From positions 86,158-110,157 of the forward strand of contig JAJXXW010000085.1 of assembly GCA_021780905.1 (NCBI GenBank): DNA of 24,000 bases. Reading direction: 5' to 3'. The notes beneath the pieces are model-generated. The model searched no databases, was not told the DNA's origin, and was given only the letters and a program-made list of their open reading frames with translations. Shown here in pieces: positions 7,813 to 16,769 of the stretch (within the stretch, counting starts at the first letter, position 1; each line of letters opens with the position of its first letter). A program made the translations under genes and the position numbers. This DNA comes from a bacterium (GTDB taxonomy: Bacteria; Verrucomicrobiota; Verrucomicrobiia; Limisphaerales; UBA11358).

Positions 7813-8329
7813 TGTTTGGTGAGGTATGGTTTCAATTCACTGCCAACCCATGGCGAATGAATTCGGCGCGATTTTGCGCGGAATGTCCTGAAAAGCCAGC
7901 TGGAAAATGAAACAGCGGTTTAAGATTTTGTGTTCGGGGCGCGGCGGCTGTCCCCTAGACTTCGAGCAGGCTGCGGAGTTCGCAGTTTTGCCAGAGGGCC
8001 GAACGGATCAAGGCGAACAGCCGGGTGAAACTGTGCGGCCAACCTCGCTGCGCTTGGCCTTGACGGCCAGCTGCGCGCGGTCGTGAATAACTTTGGAAAC
8101 CGTATCATGGGGATTGATTCCCGCCGTGCTGCGGGCGATTCAATGCCCCGGCAAATCTTGAAAACACCCGTTCCAGACTTAAACTTCCCGGATGAACCCA
8201 CACCCCAGTGGCTGCCATGACCTATTCCCGTTTTGCAGAACTTTTGAAACACTGCCCTTGATTTTCCGTCGGCGGTGAAGCAAGCTGCTTTGCACAAATT
8301 GGTTTAACCTCAACTATAAAAGTAAAATT

Positions 8330-8944
8330 ATGGCCCACGAACTCCCTGTTTTGCCTTACGACAAAGCCGCCCTTGAACCGCACTTCGACGCTCTGACGAT
8401 GGAAATCCATCACGGCCGCCATCACAAGGCTTACGTGGACAATCTCAATAAGGCCATCGCCGGCAACGCCGCGCTGGAGGCCAAGTCGCTCGAACAGATC
8501 ATAAAGGATTTGAGCGTGGTGCCCGACGCCATCCGCGGCCCGGTCCGCAACAACGGCGGCGGTCACTGGAACCATTCTTTCTTCTGGAAAATTCTCGGCC
8601 CGAATGCCGGCGGCGTGCCCACGGGCAAGCTGGCAGACGACATCAAGGCCGCCTTCGGCAGCTTTGACGACTTCAAGGCCAAGTTTGAAGCGGCAGGCCT
8701 GGGCCGTTTTGGCAGCGGCTGGGTCTGGCTCGTGAGCAACAACGGCAAGCTGGAAATCGTCACCACGCCGAACCAGGATAATCCACTCATGGGCAAGGCC
8801 GTCGCCGGTTGCGAAGGCAAGCCGGTGCTCGGCTGCGACGTGTGGGAACACGCCTATTATCTCAAATACCAGAACAAGCGCACCGACTATCTCAAGGCGT
8901 TTTGGAACGTGGTGAACTGGACGGAAGTCGCCAAGAATTATTAA
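8330..8944 (+). CDS. sodA: superoxide dismutase, Fe/Mn family, Mn-type signature
   Basis: [28 protein letters not shown] and [28 protein letters not shown] and PNQDNP are the Mn-type residue pattern. Confidence 0.9.
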   Translation: MAHELPVLPYDKAALEPHFDALTMEIHHGRHHKAYVDNLNKAIAGNAALEAKSLEQIIKDLSVVPDAIRGPVRNNGGGHWNHSFFWKILGPNAGGVPTGKLADDIKAAFGSFDDFKAKFEAAGLGRFGSGWVWLVSNNGKLEIVTTPNQDNPLMGKAVAGCEGKPVLGCDVWEHAYYLKYQNKRTDYLKAFWNVVNWTEVAKNY

Positions 8945-8974
8945 ACAGCGGGTCGCCTCTCCCAATCAAAAAGC

Positions 8975-9004
8975 AAAACGCGCCGGTGAAAACCGGCGCG
9001 TTTT
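8975..9004. terminator. bidirectional rho-independent terminator between the convergent sodA and panD
   Basis: AAAA-CGCGCCGGT-gaaa-ACCGGCGCG-TTTT: a perfect 9-bp GC-rich stem with a tetraloop. The A-run and T-run flanks give a U-tract on both strands. Confidence 0.85.
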
Positions 9005-9020
9005 GTCGCTTTGCAGATAA

Positions 9021-9383
9021 TTAAATTCCCCGAGTGCTGATGATTTCATTTCCCCTGCCAAGCACGATGACGCGCGGCTTCCATTTTTTTGCCTCCGCCT
9101 TGGTGAAGGCAGCAAAATTCATGATGGTCAGGACATCGCCTTTCTTGCCAAGATGCGCCACGGCACCGTTCATGACGATTTCGCCGGAGCCGCGCTTGCC
9201 ACGGATGGCGTAGGTTTCCCAGCGGTGGCCGTTAGCCATGTTGCCGCAGAGAATTTTTTCGTATTCCCGCAGGCCGCACTGGTCCATGAGGTCGGCGGCG
9301 ATGGTGAGGCTGCCCTCGTAGTTCACATCACCGCCAGTCACGGTCGCGCGGTGGATTTTAGATTTCAGCAGGAATACGTTCAT
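9021..9383 (-). CDS. panD: aspartate 1-decarboxylase
   Basis: LKSKIHRATVTGGDVNYEGSLTI contains the G-S self-processing site. The 120-aa length is typical. Confidence 0.9.
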   Translation of the reverse strand: MNVFLLKSKIHRATVTGGDVNYEGSLTIAADLMDQCGLREYEKILCGNMANGHRWETYAIRGKRGSGEIVMNGAVAHLGKKGDVLTIMNFAAFTKAEAKKWKPRVIVLGRGNEIISTRGI

Positions 9384-9388
9384 AAAGT

Positions 9389-9958
<570 letters not shown>

Positions 9959-10180
9959 GGGCGGACAAATTACTTCACGGCGGCAGCTTTGCAAATCTTG
10001 AATGTTTGGCGGCACGGGTGTCCCGCCCGAGCGTTTGACCCCAAGCCCTGGCTTTGCGCCAGCCAGAACCTCACGGACGGAACGCCCGTGACACTGACAG
10101 CACCCGCCCGCCGGCGGCGCTTCCCGGCTTGGGTTTCAATAAAGCAAGATGCGCCCCGACGGGTCTTGCTTAACATAACA

Positions 10181-10189
10181 CCCCCCCCC
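10181..10189. repeat. C9 homopolymer in the divergent trpG/tetR intergenic region
   Basis: Nine consecutive C read directly at 10181-10189; the tract is non-coding. Confidence 0.9.
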
Positions 10190-10231
10190 GGCTCCGGCCA
10201 AAACCGCCATCACGCCAAATATTTTGTTGAC

Positions 10232-10253
10232 CGGTTGTATAAATATATTACCG
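10232..10253. promoter_or_regulatory. candidate TetR operator: 22-bp AT-rich imperfect palindrome
   Basis: CGGTTGTATAA|ATATATTACCG has 8/11 symmetric positions per half-site. It lies 33 nt upstream of the tetR ATG, in an otherwise GC-rich spacer. Confidence 0.35.
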
Positions 10254-10285
10254 TGCCCCGGCGGTTGCGAATTCCGCGTATAATT

Positions 10286-10882
10286 ATGGGCCGAACCAGT
10301 GATGCCAAAGAAAAGCTTTTGTCCGTGGCCTTTGATCTCATCCATGAGAGCAGCTACGGCTCGGTGAGCGTGGACCAGATTTGCACCCGCGCCAAAGTCA
10401 ACAAGGGCAGCTTTTACTATTTTTTCAAGACCAAGACCGACCTGGTGGTGGCGGCTTACCAGGAAAACTGGCGGGTCCGGCGGGCGGATTACGAAAAGAT
10501 TTTTTCCACGGAACATCCGCCGCTGAACCGGCTGGAACTCTGGTGCGAGAACATGCGCCGCGTGCAAAAACAACGGCACGCCAAATACGGCCACGTCTGC
10601 GGCTGCCCCTACGCCAGCCTGGGCGGCGAACGGGCGACGCACGATGCCAAAATCGGCCGCAGCGCCCGGGAGCTGTTTGAAAATCACGTCAAATTCCTAG
10701 CCGGCGCGATTGCCGACGCCCAGCGCGACGGCGTGGCCGCCGCCGGGGACGCCCACGCCAAAGCCGAATTGGTGCATTCGTTCGTCATCGGCCTGCTGCT
10801 GCGCGCGAAAATTTACAACGACTTGACGATTTTGCGTCAGGCCGAGGATGCCGTTTTCGCCCTGATTGGCGCGAAACAATAA
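10286..10882 (+). CDS. TetR/AcrR-family transcriptional regulator
   Basis: KEKLLSVAFDLIHESSYGSVSVDQICTRAKVNKGSFYYFFKTKTDL is a canonical TetR N-terminal HTH. The start is set at ATG 10286. The 9452 start in the track is an antisense read-through of trpG. Confidence 0.9.
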   Translation: MGRTSDAKEKLLSVAFDLIHESSYGSVSVDQICTRAKVNKGSFYYFFKTKTDLVVAAYQENWRVRRADYEKIFSTEHPPLNRLELWCENMRRVQKQRHAKYGHVCGCPYASLGGERATHDAKIGRSARELFENHVKFLAGAIADAQRDGVAAAGDAHAKAELVHSFVIGLLLRAKIYNDLTILRQAEDAVFALIGAKQ

Positions 10883-10931
10883 ACTGGCTTCGTTTCCTTT
10901 TTTTACAGAGAGGCGTTTGAAAGAATAAATT

Positions 10932-13900
10932 ATGTGGATCGTTCGTCTAGCCTTGCGCCGGCCCTACACGTTTGTGGTGGCGGCCTTGCTGTTGGTGTTG
11001 CTCACGCCGCTCATTTTGCTGCGCACGCCCACGGATATTTTTCCCGCCATCAACATCCCGGTCGTCAGCATCATCTGGCAATACACCGGGCTGGACGCCA
11101 ACCAATTCGAGAATCGCATCACCTACACCCACGAACGCATTCTCACGGTCACGGTCAACAACATCCAGCACATCGAGTCCACCACCTACAACGGCCTGGC
11201 CGTCGAGAAGGTGTTCCTGCAGCCCGGCGCGTCCGTGGATGCCGCCGTCGCGCAGATCACCGCCTCGGCGCAAACCATTTTGAAAGCCATGCCGCCGGGA
11301 ATGCAGCCGCCGTTGATCATCCAATACAACGCCTCGACCGTGCCGATCCTGCAATACAGCTTCAGCAGCCCGAAAATGTCCGAGCAGCAGCTCTTCGACA
11401 TCACCGCCAACCAGGTCCGCATCGGCCTGTCCAACGTGCGCGGCGCGATGATTCCCTGGCCTTACGGCGGCAAGACGCGCGTCGTTGCGGTGGATTTGAA
11501 CCTGTCCGCGCTCAAGGCGAAAAATCTGCTCGCGCAGGACGTGGTCAACGCCATCAACGCCCAGAATCTCGTGCTGCCCAGCGGCACCACCAAGATCGGC
11601 ACGACGGAATACGACGTGGCCGTGGACGCCAACCCGCGCCTGATTGACGAGTTGAATCATCTGCCCGTCAAGGTCGTCAACGGCGCGACGATTTATGTGA
11701 GCGACGTGGCACAGGTTCACGACGGCTACACGCCGCAGCAAAACGCCGTGCGCCAGGACGGCGTGCGCAGCGCGCTGCTGACGATCATGAAAGCCGGCAA
11801 CGCCTCGACACTGGACGTGGTGCGCAACCTCAAAGCCGTCCTGCCCCGCGTGATGACGACGGTGTCCTCGGATCTGCACGTGAAAGAATTCGCCGACCAG
11901 TCGCTGTTCGTCCGCGCCGCCATCAACGGCGTGTTGCGCGAAGGCGTCGTGGCCGCCGCGTTGACGGCCCTGATGATTTTGCTCTTTCTCGGCTCCTGGC
12001 GCAGCACGCTCATCATCGCGCTGTCCATTCCGCTGTCGGTGCTGTGTTCCATCGCCGCCCTGAGCGCGCTGGGCGAAACCATCAACCTGATGACGCTTGG
12101 CGGCCTCGCGCTGGCGGTCGGCATCCTGGTGGACGACGCGACGGTGGCGATTGAAAACATTCACCGCCACATGGCCCTGGGCCAGCCACTGGAAGACGCC
12201 ATCCTCGTCGGCGCGCAGGAAATCGCGCTGCCGGCGTTTGTCTCGACGCTGTGCATCTGCATCGTGTTCGTGCCGATGTTCTTTCTGACCGGCGTGGCCA
12301 AGTTTCTGTTTGTGCCGCTGGCGGAATCCGTCGTGTTTGCGATGCTCGCCAGCTACGTCATTTCGCGGACCCTGGTGCCGACGCTGGTGATGTGGTTTTA
12401 CCGCAACGTGAAATTGCACGGCGAACACATTGATGAATCCAATGTGCCCTTCTGGTTGCTGCCGTTCGTGACCCTTCAGCGCGCGTTTGAAAACGGCTTT
12501 GACCGCTTCCGCCACGGCTATCGGGCGCTGCTCGCCAGTTGTTTTGAACACCGCAAGCCGTTCGCCTTTTTCTTCCTACTGTTTTGCGTGGCTTCGGCGC
12601 TGCTCACGGAAACGCTGGGCCGGAATTTTTTCCCGGCGGTGGACGCCGGCCAGTTTCTCCTCCACCTCCGCGCCCGCACCGGCACGCGCATCGAGGAAAC
12701 CCTGCGGCTCACCGATCAGGTCAACCAAAACATTCACCATGAGATTCCAGCGGCCGAACTCGGCGGCATCCTGGACAACGTCGGCATTCCGGTTTCCTAC
12801 ATCAATCTCAGCTACAACACCAGCGGCGTCATCGGGCCGGGCGACGCGGACCTCCTCGTCTCGCTCAAGCCCGGCCACGCGCCGACGGAAAATTACGTGC
12901 GCCGGCTGCGCGAGCGTTTGAACCGCGAGTTCCCCGGCACGATGTTTTATTTTCTGCCGGCGGACATCGTGAGCCAGACGTTGAACTTCGGCCTGCCCGC
13001 GCCGTTTGACGTGCAAATCGTCGGCCGCGACCAGGCGGGCAACCGCGCCGCCGCCGTGCAGCTCGCCGCCGCCATCAAAAAAATTCCCGGCGCGGCGGAT
13101 GTGCGCGTGCAGCAGCCGGACAACTGGCCGCAGTTCAAGATTTCCGTCGAGCGCACCAAGGCCGCCGAAATGGGATTGACCGAGCAGAACGTCGCCAATT
13201 CCATCCTGCTCGGCCTGAGCGGCAGCACGCAGGTGCAGCCGGCCTACTGGCTTGACCCGAAAATCGGCATCCAATATCTGATCAACGTCCGCGCGCCGGA
13301 ATACGCCATGGATTCGGTCGCCCAGCTCAACGCCATGCCCATCAGCGCCAGCCGGCCCGGCGCGGAGAACGCGCAGATTCTTGCCAACCTTGCCACCGTT
13401 TCGCGCGTGAACGTCCCGCCGGTCGTCTCGCATTACGACGTCATGCCGGTCATTGACATTTATGGCAACGTGGACGGACGCGATCTCGGCGGCGTGTTGA
13501 ACGACATCCAGCCGTTGCTCGCCAAAGCCCGCGCCAACCTGCCGCGCGGCAGCACCCTGGTGGAACGCGGCCAGGCCGAAACCATGCGTTCAAGTTATCT
13601 GGGACTCGGCATCGGCCTGCTCGGCGCGATGGTGCTGATCTATTTCCTGCTGGTGGTGAATTTTCAAAACTGGCTGGATCCGTTCATCATCATCACCGCG
13701 CTGCCCGGCGCGCTCGCCGGCGTGGTGTGGGGCTTGTTCCTGTCGCAAACCACCTTGAGCGTGCCCGCCTTGATGGGCGCGATCATGAGCCTCGGCGTGG
13801 CCACGGCCAATTCCGTGCTCGTCGTCACCTTCGCCCGCGAAAATCTGCTGCGCGGACAGAATCCCATCACCGCCGCGCTCGAAGCCGGCGTCGGCCGCAT

Positions 13901-14114
13901 CCGCCCCGTGCTGATGACGGCGCTGGCGATGATCATCGGCATGTTGCCCATGAGCCTCGGCCTCGGTGAAGGCGGCGAACAAAACGCGCCGCTCGGCCGC
14001 GCCGTCATCGGCGGACTTGTTTTCGCCACCATCGCCACGCTGTTTTTCGTCCCGGTCGTTTTCAGTTTTATGCACCGGAAGCACCAGCACGTTCACCCCC
14101 CAGTAAACCCATGA
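10932..14114 (+). CDS. RND efflux transporter permease (AcrB/AcrD/AcrF superfamily), 1060 aa
   Basis: The length, the 12-TM / two-large-loop architecture and RND-typical segments (LGGLALAVGILVDDATVAIENIHRH, ALPGALAGVVWGLF) all fit. Confidence 0.9.
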   Translation: MWIVRLALRRPYTFVVAALLLVLLTPLILLRTPTDIFPAINIPVVSIIWQYTGLDANQFENRITYTHERILTVTVNNIQHIESTTYNGLAVEKVFLQPGASVDAAVAQITASAQTILKAMPPGMQPPLIIQYNASTVPILQYSFSSPKMSEQQLFDITANQVRIGLSNVRGAMIPWPYGGKTRVVAVDLNLSALKAKNLLAQDVVNAINAQNLVLPSGTTKIGTTEYDVAVDANPRLIDELNHLPVKVVNGATIYVSDVAQVHDGYTPQQNAVRQDGVRSALLTIMKAGNASTLDVVRNLKAVLPRVMTTVSSDLHVKEFADQSLFVRAAINGVLREGVVAAALTALMILLFLGSWRSTLIIALSIPLSVLCSIAALSALGETINLMTLGGLALAVGILVDDATVAIENIHRHMALGQPLEDAILVGAQEIALPAFVSTLCICIVFVPMFFLTGVAKFLFVPLAESVVFAMLASYVISRTLVPTLVMWFYRNVKLHGEHIDESNVPFWLLPFVTLQRAFENGFDRFRHGYRALLASCFEHRKPFAFFFLLFCVASALLTETLGRNFFPAVDAGQFLLHLRARTGTRIEETLRLTDQVNQNIHHEIPAAELGGILDNVGIPVSYINLSYNTSGVIGPGDADLLVSLKPGHAPTENYVRRLRERLNREFPGTMFYFLPADIVSQTLNFGLPAPFDVQIVGRDQAGNRAAAVQLAAAIKKIPGAADVRVQQPDNWPQFKISVERTKAAEMGLTEQNVANSILLGLSGSTQVQPAYWLDPKIGIQYLINVRAPEYAMDSVAQLNAMPISASRPGAENAQILANLATVSRVNVPPVVSHYDVMPVIDIYGNVDGRDLGGVLNDIQPLLAKARANLPRGSTLVERGQAETMRSSYLGLGIGLLGAMVLIYFLLVVNFQNWLDPFIIITALPGALAGVVWGLFLSQTTLSVPALMGAIMSLGVATANSVLVVTFARENLLRGQNPITAALEAGVGRIRPVLMTALAMIIGMLPMSLGLGEGGEQNAPLGRAVIGGLVFATIATLFFVPVVFSFMHRKHQHVHPPVNP

Positions 14115-15280
14115 ATCCAAATCCTCCTGCCGCCGCGCCGCCGCCGGTTCGTTTAACCCGCATCGGTCTCGTCGTGATCGTGCTCGTCCTCATCGGTCTG
14201 GTCATCGGCCTGGTGCCGCGCTGGCTGGCCCGGCACAAACTGATCGCGGAAACCCGCACGGATGCCGTCGTCACCGTGGATGTGGTTTCGCCGACCGTGT
14301 CCAAGGCCGACCTGGGCACGCCGTTGCCGGCGGAAGTGCAGGCGTTCATGGAAGCTTCCATTCATGCGCGGGCCAGCGGCTATTTGAAAAGCTGGCTGGT
14401 GGACATCGGCGCGGTCGTCACCAACGGCCAGTTGCTCGCGGAAATTGACACGCCCGAACTGGACCAGCAGCTCGCGCAGGCGAAGGCGCAACTGGACCAG
14501 GCAAACGCCGCGCTGGCGCTGGCCAAAATCACCGCCGACCGCTGGACGGATCTGCTCAAAACCGCCAGCGTGAGCGAACAGGAAACCGCCGAAAAAACGA
14601 GCGATTTGGCGTTGAAACAGGCGGATGTCGCGGCCGCAAAAGCCAACGTCCGGCGGCTGGAGGACCTGAAAAGTTTTGACCGCGTCACCGCCCTGTTCGA
14701 CGGCACGGTCACCGTGCGCAACACGGACATCGGCCAGTTAATCGCCGCCGACAGCGGCCCCGAACTGTTTCACCTGGCGCAGATTGATCCGTTGCGGGTC
14801 TATGTCCGCGTGCCGCAGCCGATGATCCACGCCATCGCGCCGGGCCAGGCCGCCGAACTGACGTTCCAGGAACTGCCGGGCAAAATCTTCACCGCCACCG
14901 TCACCAGCACGGCGGGCGCGGTGGATGCCAGTTCGCGCACCCTGCTGGTGGAATTGCAGGTGCCCAACCCGCACGGTGAAATTCTGGCCGGCAGCTACGC
15001 CCAGGCGCGTTTCACCCAGAGCGTCGCGCCAAACGGGCTGACGATTTCCGACAACGTGCTCATTTTTCGCGCGCAGGGAATGCAGGCCGCCGTCGTCGGT
15101 CCGGACAACAAGGTGCAGTTGCGTTCGCTGAAACTGGGCCGCGATTTCGGCAACACCGTGGAAATCCTGAGCGGCCTCGCCACCACCGACCGCGTCATCC
15201 TCAATCCGCCCGACGCCATCGCCGACGGCATGACCGTGCAGGTCGCGGAACCGGGAGCCACGAAGAATCCGGCTCAATGA
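14111..15280 (+). CDS. efflux periplasmic adaptor (MFP/HlyD-type) with an N-terminal membrane anchor
   Basis: Its ATG overlaps the pump stop (ATGA at 14111-14114). It has a TM segment IGLVVIVLVLIGLVIGLV, a coiled-coil ELDQQLAQAKAQLDQANAALALAK and C-terminal beta-barrel-like segments. Confidence 0.85.
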   Translation: MNPNPPAAAPPPVRLTRIGLVVIVLVLIGLVIGLVPRWLARHKLIAETRTDAVVTVDVVSPTVSKADLGTPLPAEVQAFMEASIHARASGYLKSWLVDIGAVVTNGQLLAEIDTPELDQQLAQAKAQLDQANAALALAKITADRWTDLLKTASVSEQETAEKTSDLALKQADVAAAKANVRRLEDLKSFDRVTALFDGTVTVRNTDIGQLIAADSGPELFHLAQIDPLRVYVRVPQPMIHAIAPGQAAELTFQELPGKIFTATVTSTAGAVDASSRTLLVELQVPNPHGEILAGSYAQARFTQSVAPNGLTISDNVLIFRAQGMQAAVVGPDNKVQLRSLKLGRDFGNTVEILSGLATTDRVILNPPDAIADGMTVQVAEPGATKNPAQ

Positions 15281-16761
15281 AAATCGTTTCATTCATCAGC
15301 GCCATCACGGTGGCGGCGGGGCTGGCGGGCTGCGCCGTCGGCCCGGATTACAAACGTCCCGCCGCGCTGCCCCGCCAGCCGGTGCCGGAAAAATTCAGCG
15401 GTGACGCAGCCGTCAGCACCAACCAAGGCATTTGGAAAGTCGCCGCGCCGTCCGCGCATCTGCCTCGTGGCGAATGGTGGCAGAACTTCGGCGATTCGGA
15501 ATTGAACCGCCTGGAAACCCTGGCGCTGACCAACAATCAAAACCTGGTTGCCGCAGCGGACCGGTTTGCGGAATCCCGGGCGCTCGCGTCGGCGGCCAAC
15601 GCGAATTTTTATCCACAACTCACCGCCGGCGGCACGCCCAGCGGCGACATCAATCGCCAGCAAACGAGCGCCAACCAGCCGTTTTTGGGAAAGCCGGCGG
15701 GGAAATCATTCACCTACGACAATTTCACCGCGCCGATTTATCTCGGCTGGGAAATTGATCTCTGGGGCCGGGTGCGGCGGCAGTCCGAGGCGGCGCACGC
15801 CCGCTTCGTGGCCAGCGTGGATGATTACGAATCGGCCCGGCTGGCGGTCGCCGCCGAGGTCGCCAACGATTTCTTCGCCTTCCGCACATTGGAGAACGAA
15901 TACACCGTGGTCACCAATACCATCGAGGCGTATCGCCGCTCGCTGGAACTCACGCAGAACCGGCGGCGCGGCGGCGTGGCGTCCGATCTGGATGTGTCGC
16001 AGGCCGCGACGCAACTGCACAGCGCCGAAACCCAACTGCCGGACATCAAACTGAATCGCGCCCAAATGCTGCACGCGCTGGCCGTGCTGTGCGGCGAATC
16101 GCCGTCCGGTTTCGTCGTCGCGCCCGGCGCGTCAAAAGTTGCAACCGTCCCCGAGGTGCCGCCCAGTTTGCCCAGCGAGCTGCTGGAACATCGCCCGGAC
16201 ATCGCCGCCGCCGAACGGCACATGGCGGCGGCCAACGCGGATGTCGGCGTCGCCAAGACCGCCTTTTTTCCGGCCGTGCGCCTCAACGGTCTCGCCGGTT
16301 TTCAATCCGTGGATTCCGGCAGCTGGTTTGAATGGCCGAGCCGTTTTTGGTCGGTCGGGCCGTCCGTGCAATTGCCGCTGTTCACCGGCGGTTTGAACCG
16401 CGCCCATCTCGCCCTGGCGCACGCGGCCTATGACGAAACGGTGGCGAACTACCGGCAGACGGTGTTGTCCGCTTTTGGCGAGGTGGAAGACGGACTGGCC
16501 GCGCAACAGTTGCTGGCGGAAAAGTGGACGGCTGAAAACGCGACGGTCATCGCGGCGCGGCGCACGCTGGAAATCGCGAGCAACCGCTACAAATCCGGCC
16601 TGGTCACCTACCTCGATGTGGCGACCGCCCAGGCCGACGCGCTCCTCCACGAACGCACGCTGGTCCAGTTGCAAGGCACGCGCCTGACCGCCAGCGTGAA
16701 CCTGGTCAAAGCCCTGGGCGGCGGCTGGGCCGGCACCAATTCGCTGGCCGCCCCGAAATAA
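15277..16761 (+). CDS. outer-membrane efflux lipoprotein (NodT/OprM family)
   Basis: Lipobox AAGLAGC followed by GPDYKRP. The repeated TolC-like halves include SQAATQLHSAETQLPD. The ATG overlaps the adaptor stop (ATGA at 15277-15280). Confidence 0.9.
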   Translation: MKIVSFISAITVAAGLAGCAVGPDYKRPAALPRQPVPEKFSGDAAVSTNQGIWKVAAPSAHLPRGEWWQNFGDSELNRLETLALTNNQNLVAAADRFAESRALASAANANFYPQLTAGGTPSGDINRQQTSANQPFLGKPAGKSFTYDNFTAPIYLGWEIDLWGRVRRQSEAAHARFVASVDDYESARLAVAAEVANDFFAFRTLENEYTVVTNTIEAYRRSLELTQNRRRGGVASDLDVSQAATQLHSAETQLPDIKLNRAQMLHALAVLCGESPSGFVVAPGASKVATVPEVPPSLPSELLEHRPDIAAAERHMAAANADVGVAKTAFFPAVRLNGLAGFQSVDSGSWFEWPSRFWSVGPSVQLPLFTGGLNRAHLALAHAAYDETVANYRQTVLSAFGEVEDGLAAQQLLAEKWTAENATVIAARRTLEIASNRYKSGLVTYLDVATAQADALLHERTLVQLQGTRLTASVNLVKALGGGWAGTNSLAAPK

Positions 16762-16769
16762 AACCCGTT

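Noticed and set aside
9959-10285. Looked for a Trp-rich leader peptide or classic attenuator upstream of trpG
   Set aside because: The small upstream ORFs contain no tandem Trp codons. Only the hairpin reported as a finding is present.
10947-12551. 534-aa minus-strand ORF, plus many other 60-300-aa ORFs antisense to or overlapping the RND, adaptor and OMF genes
   Set aside because: Their translations are Arg/Gly/His/Ala/Asp-rich low-complexity sequence, typical of shadow frames in GC-rich coding DNA. The plus-strand genes have unambiguous family signatures.
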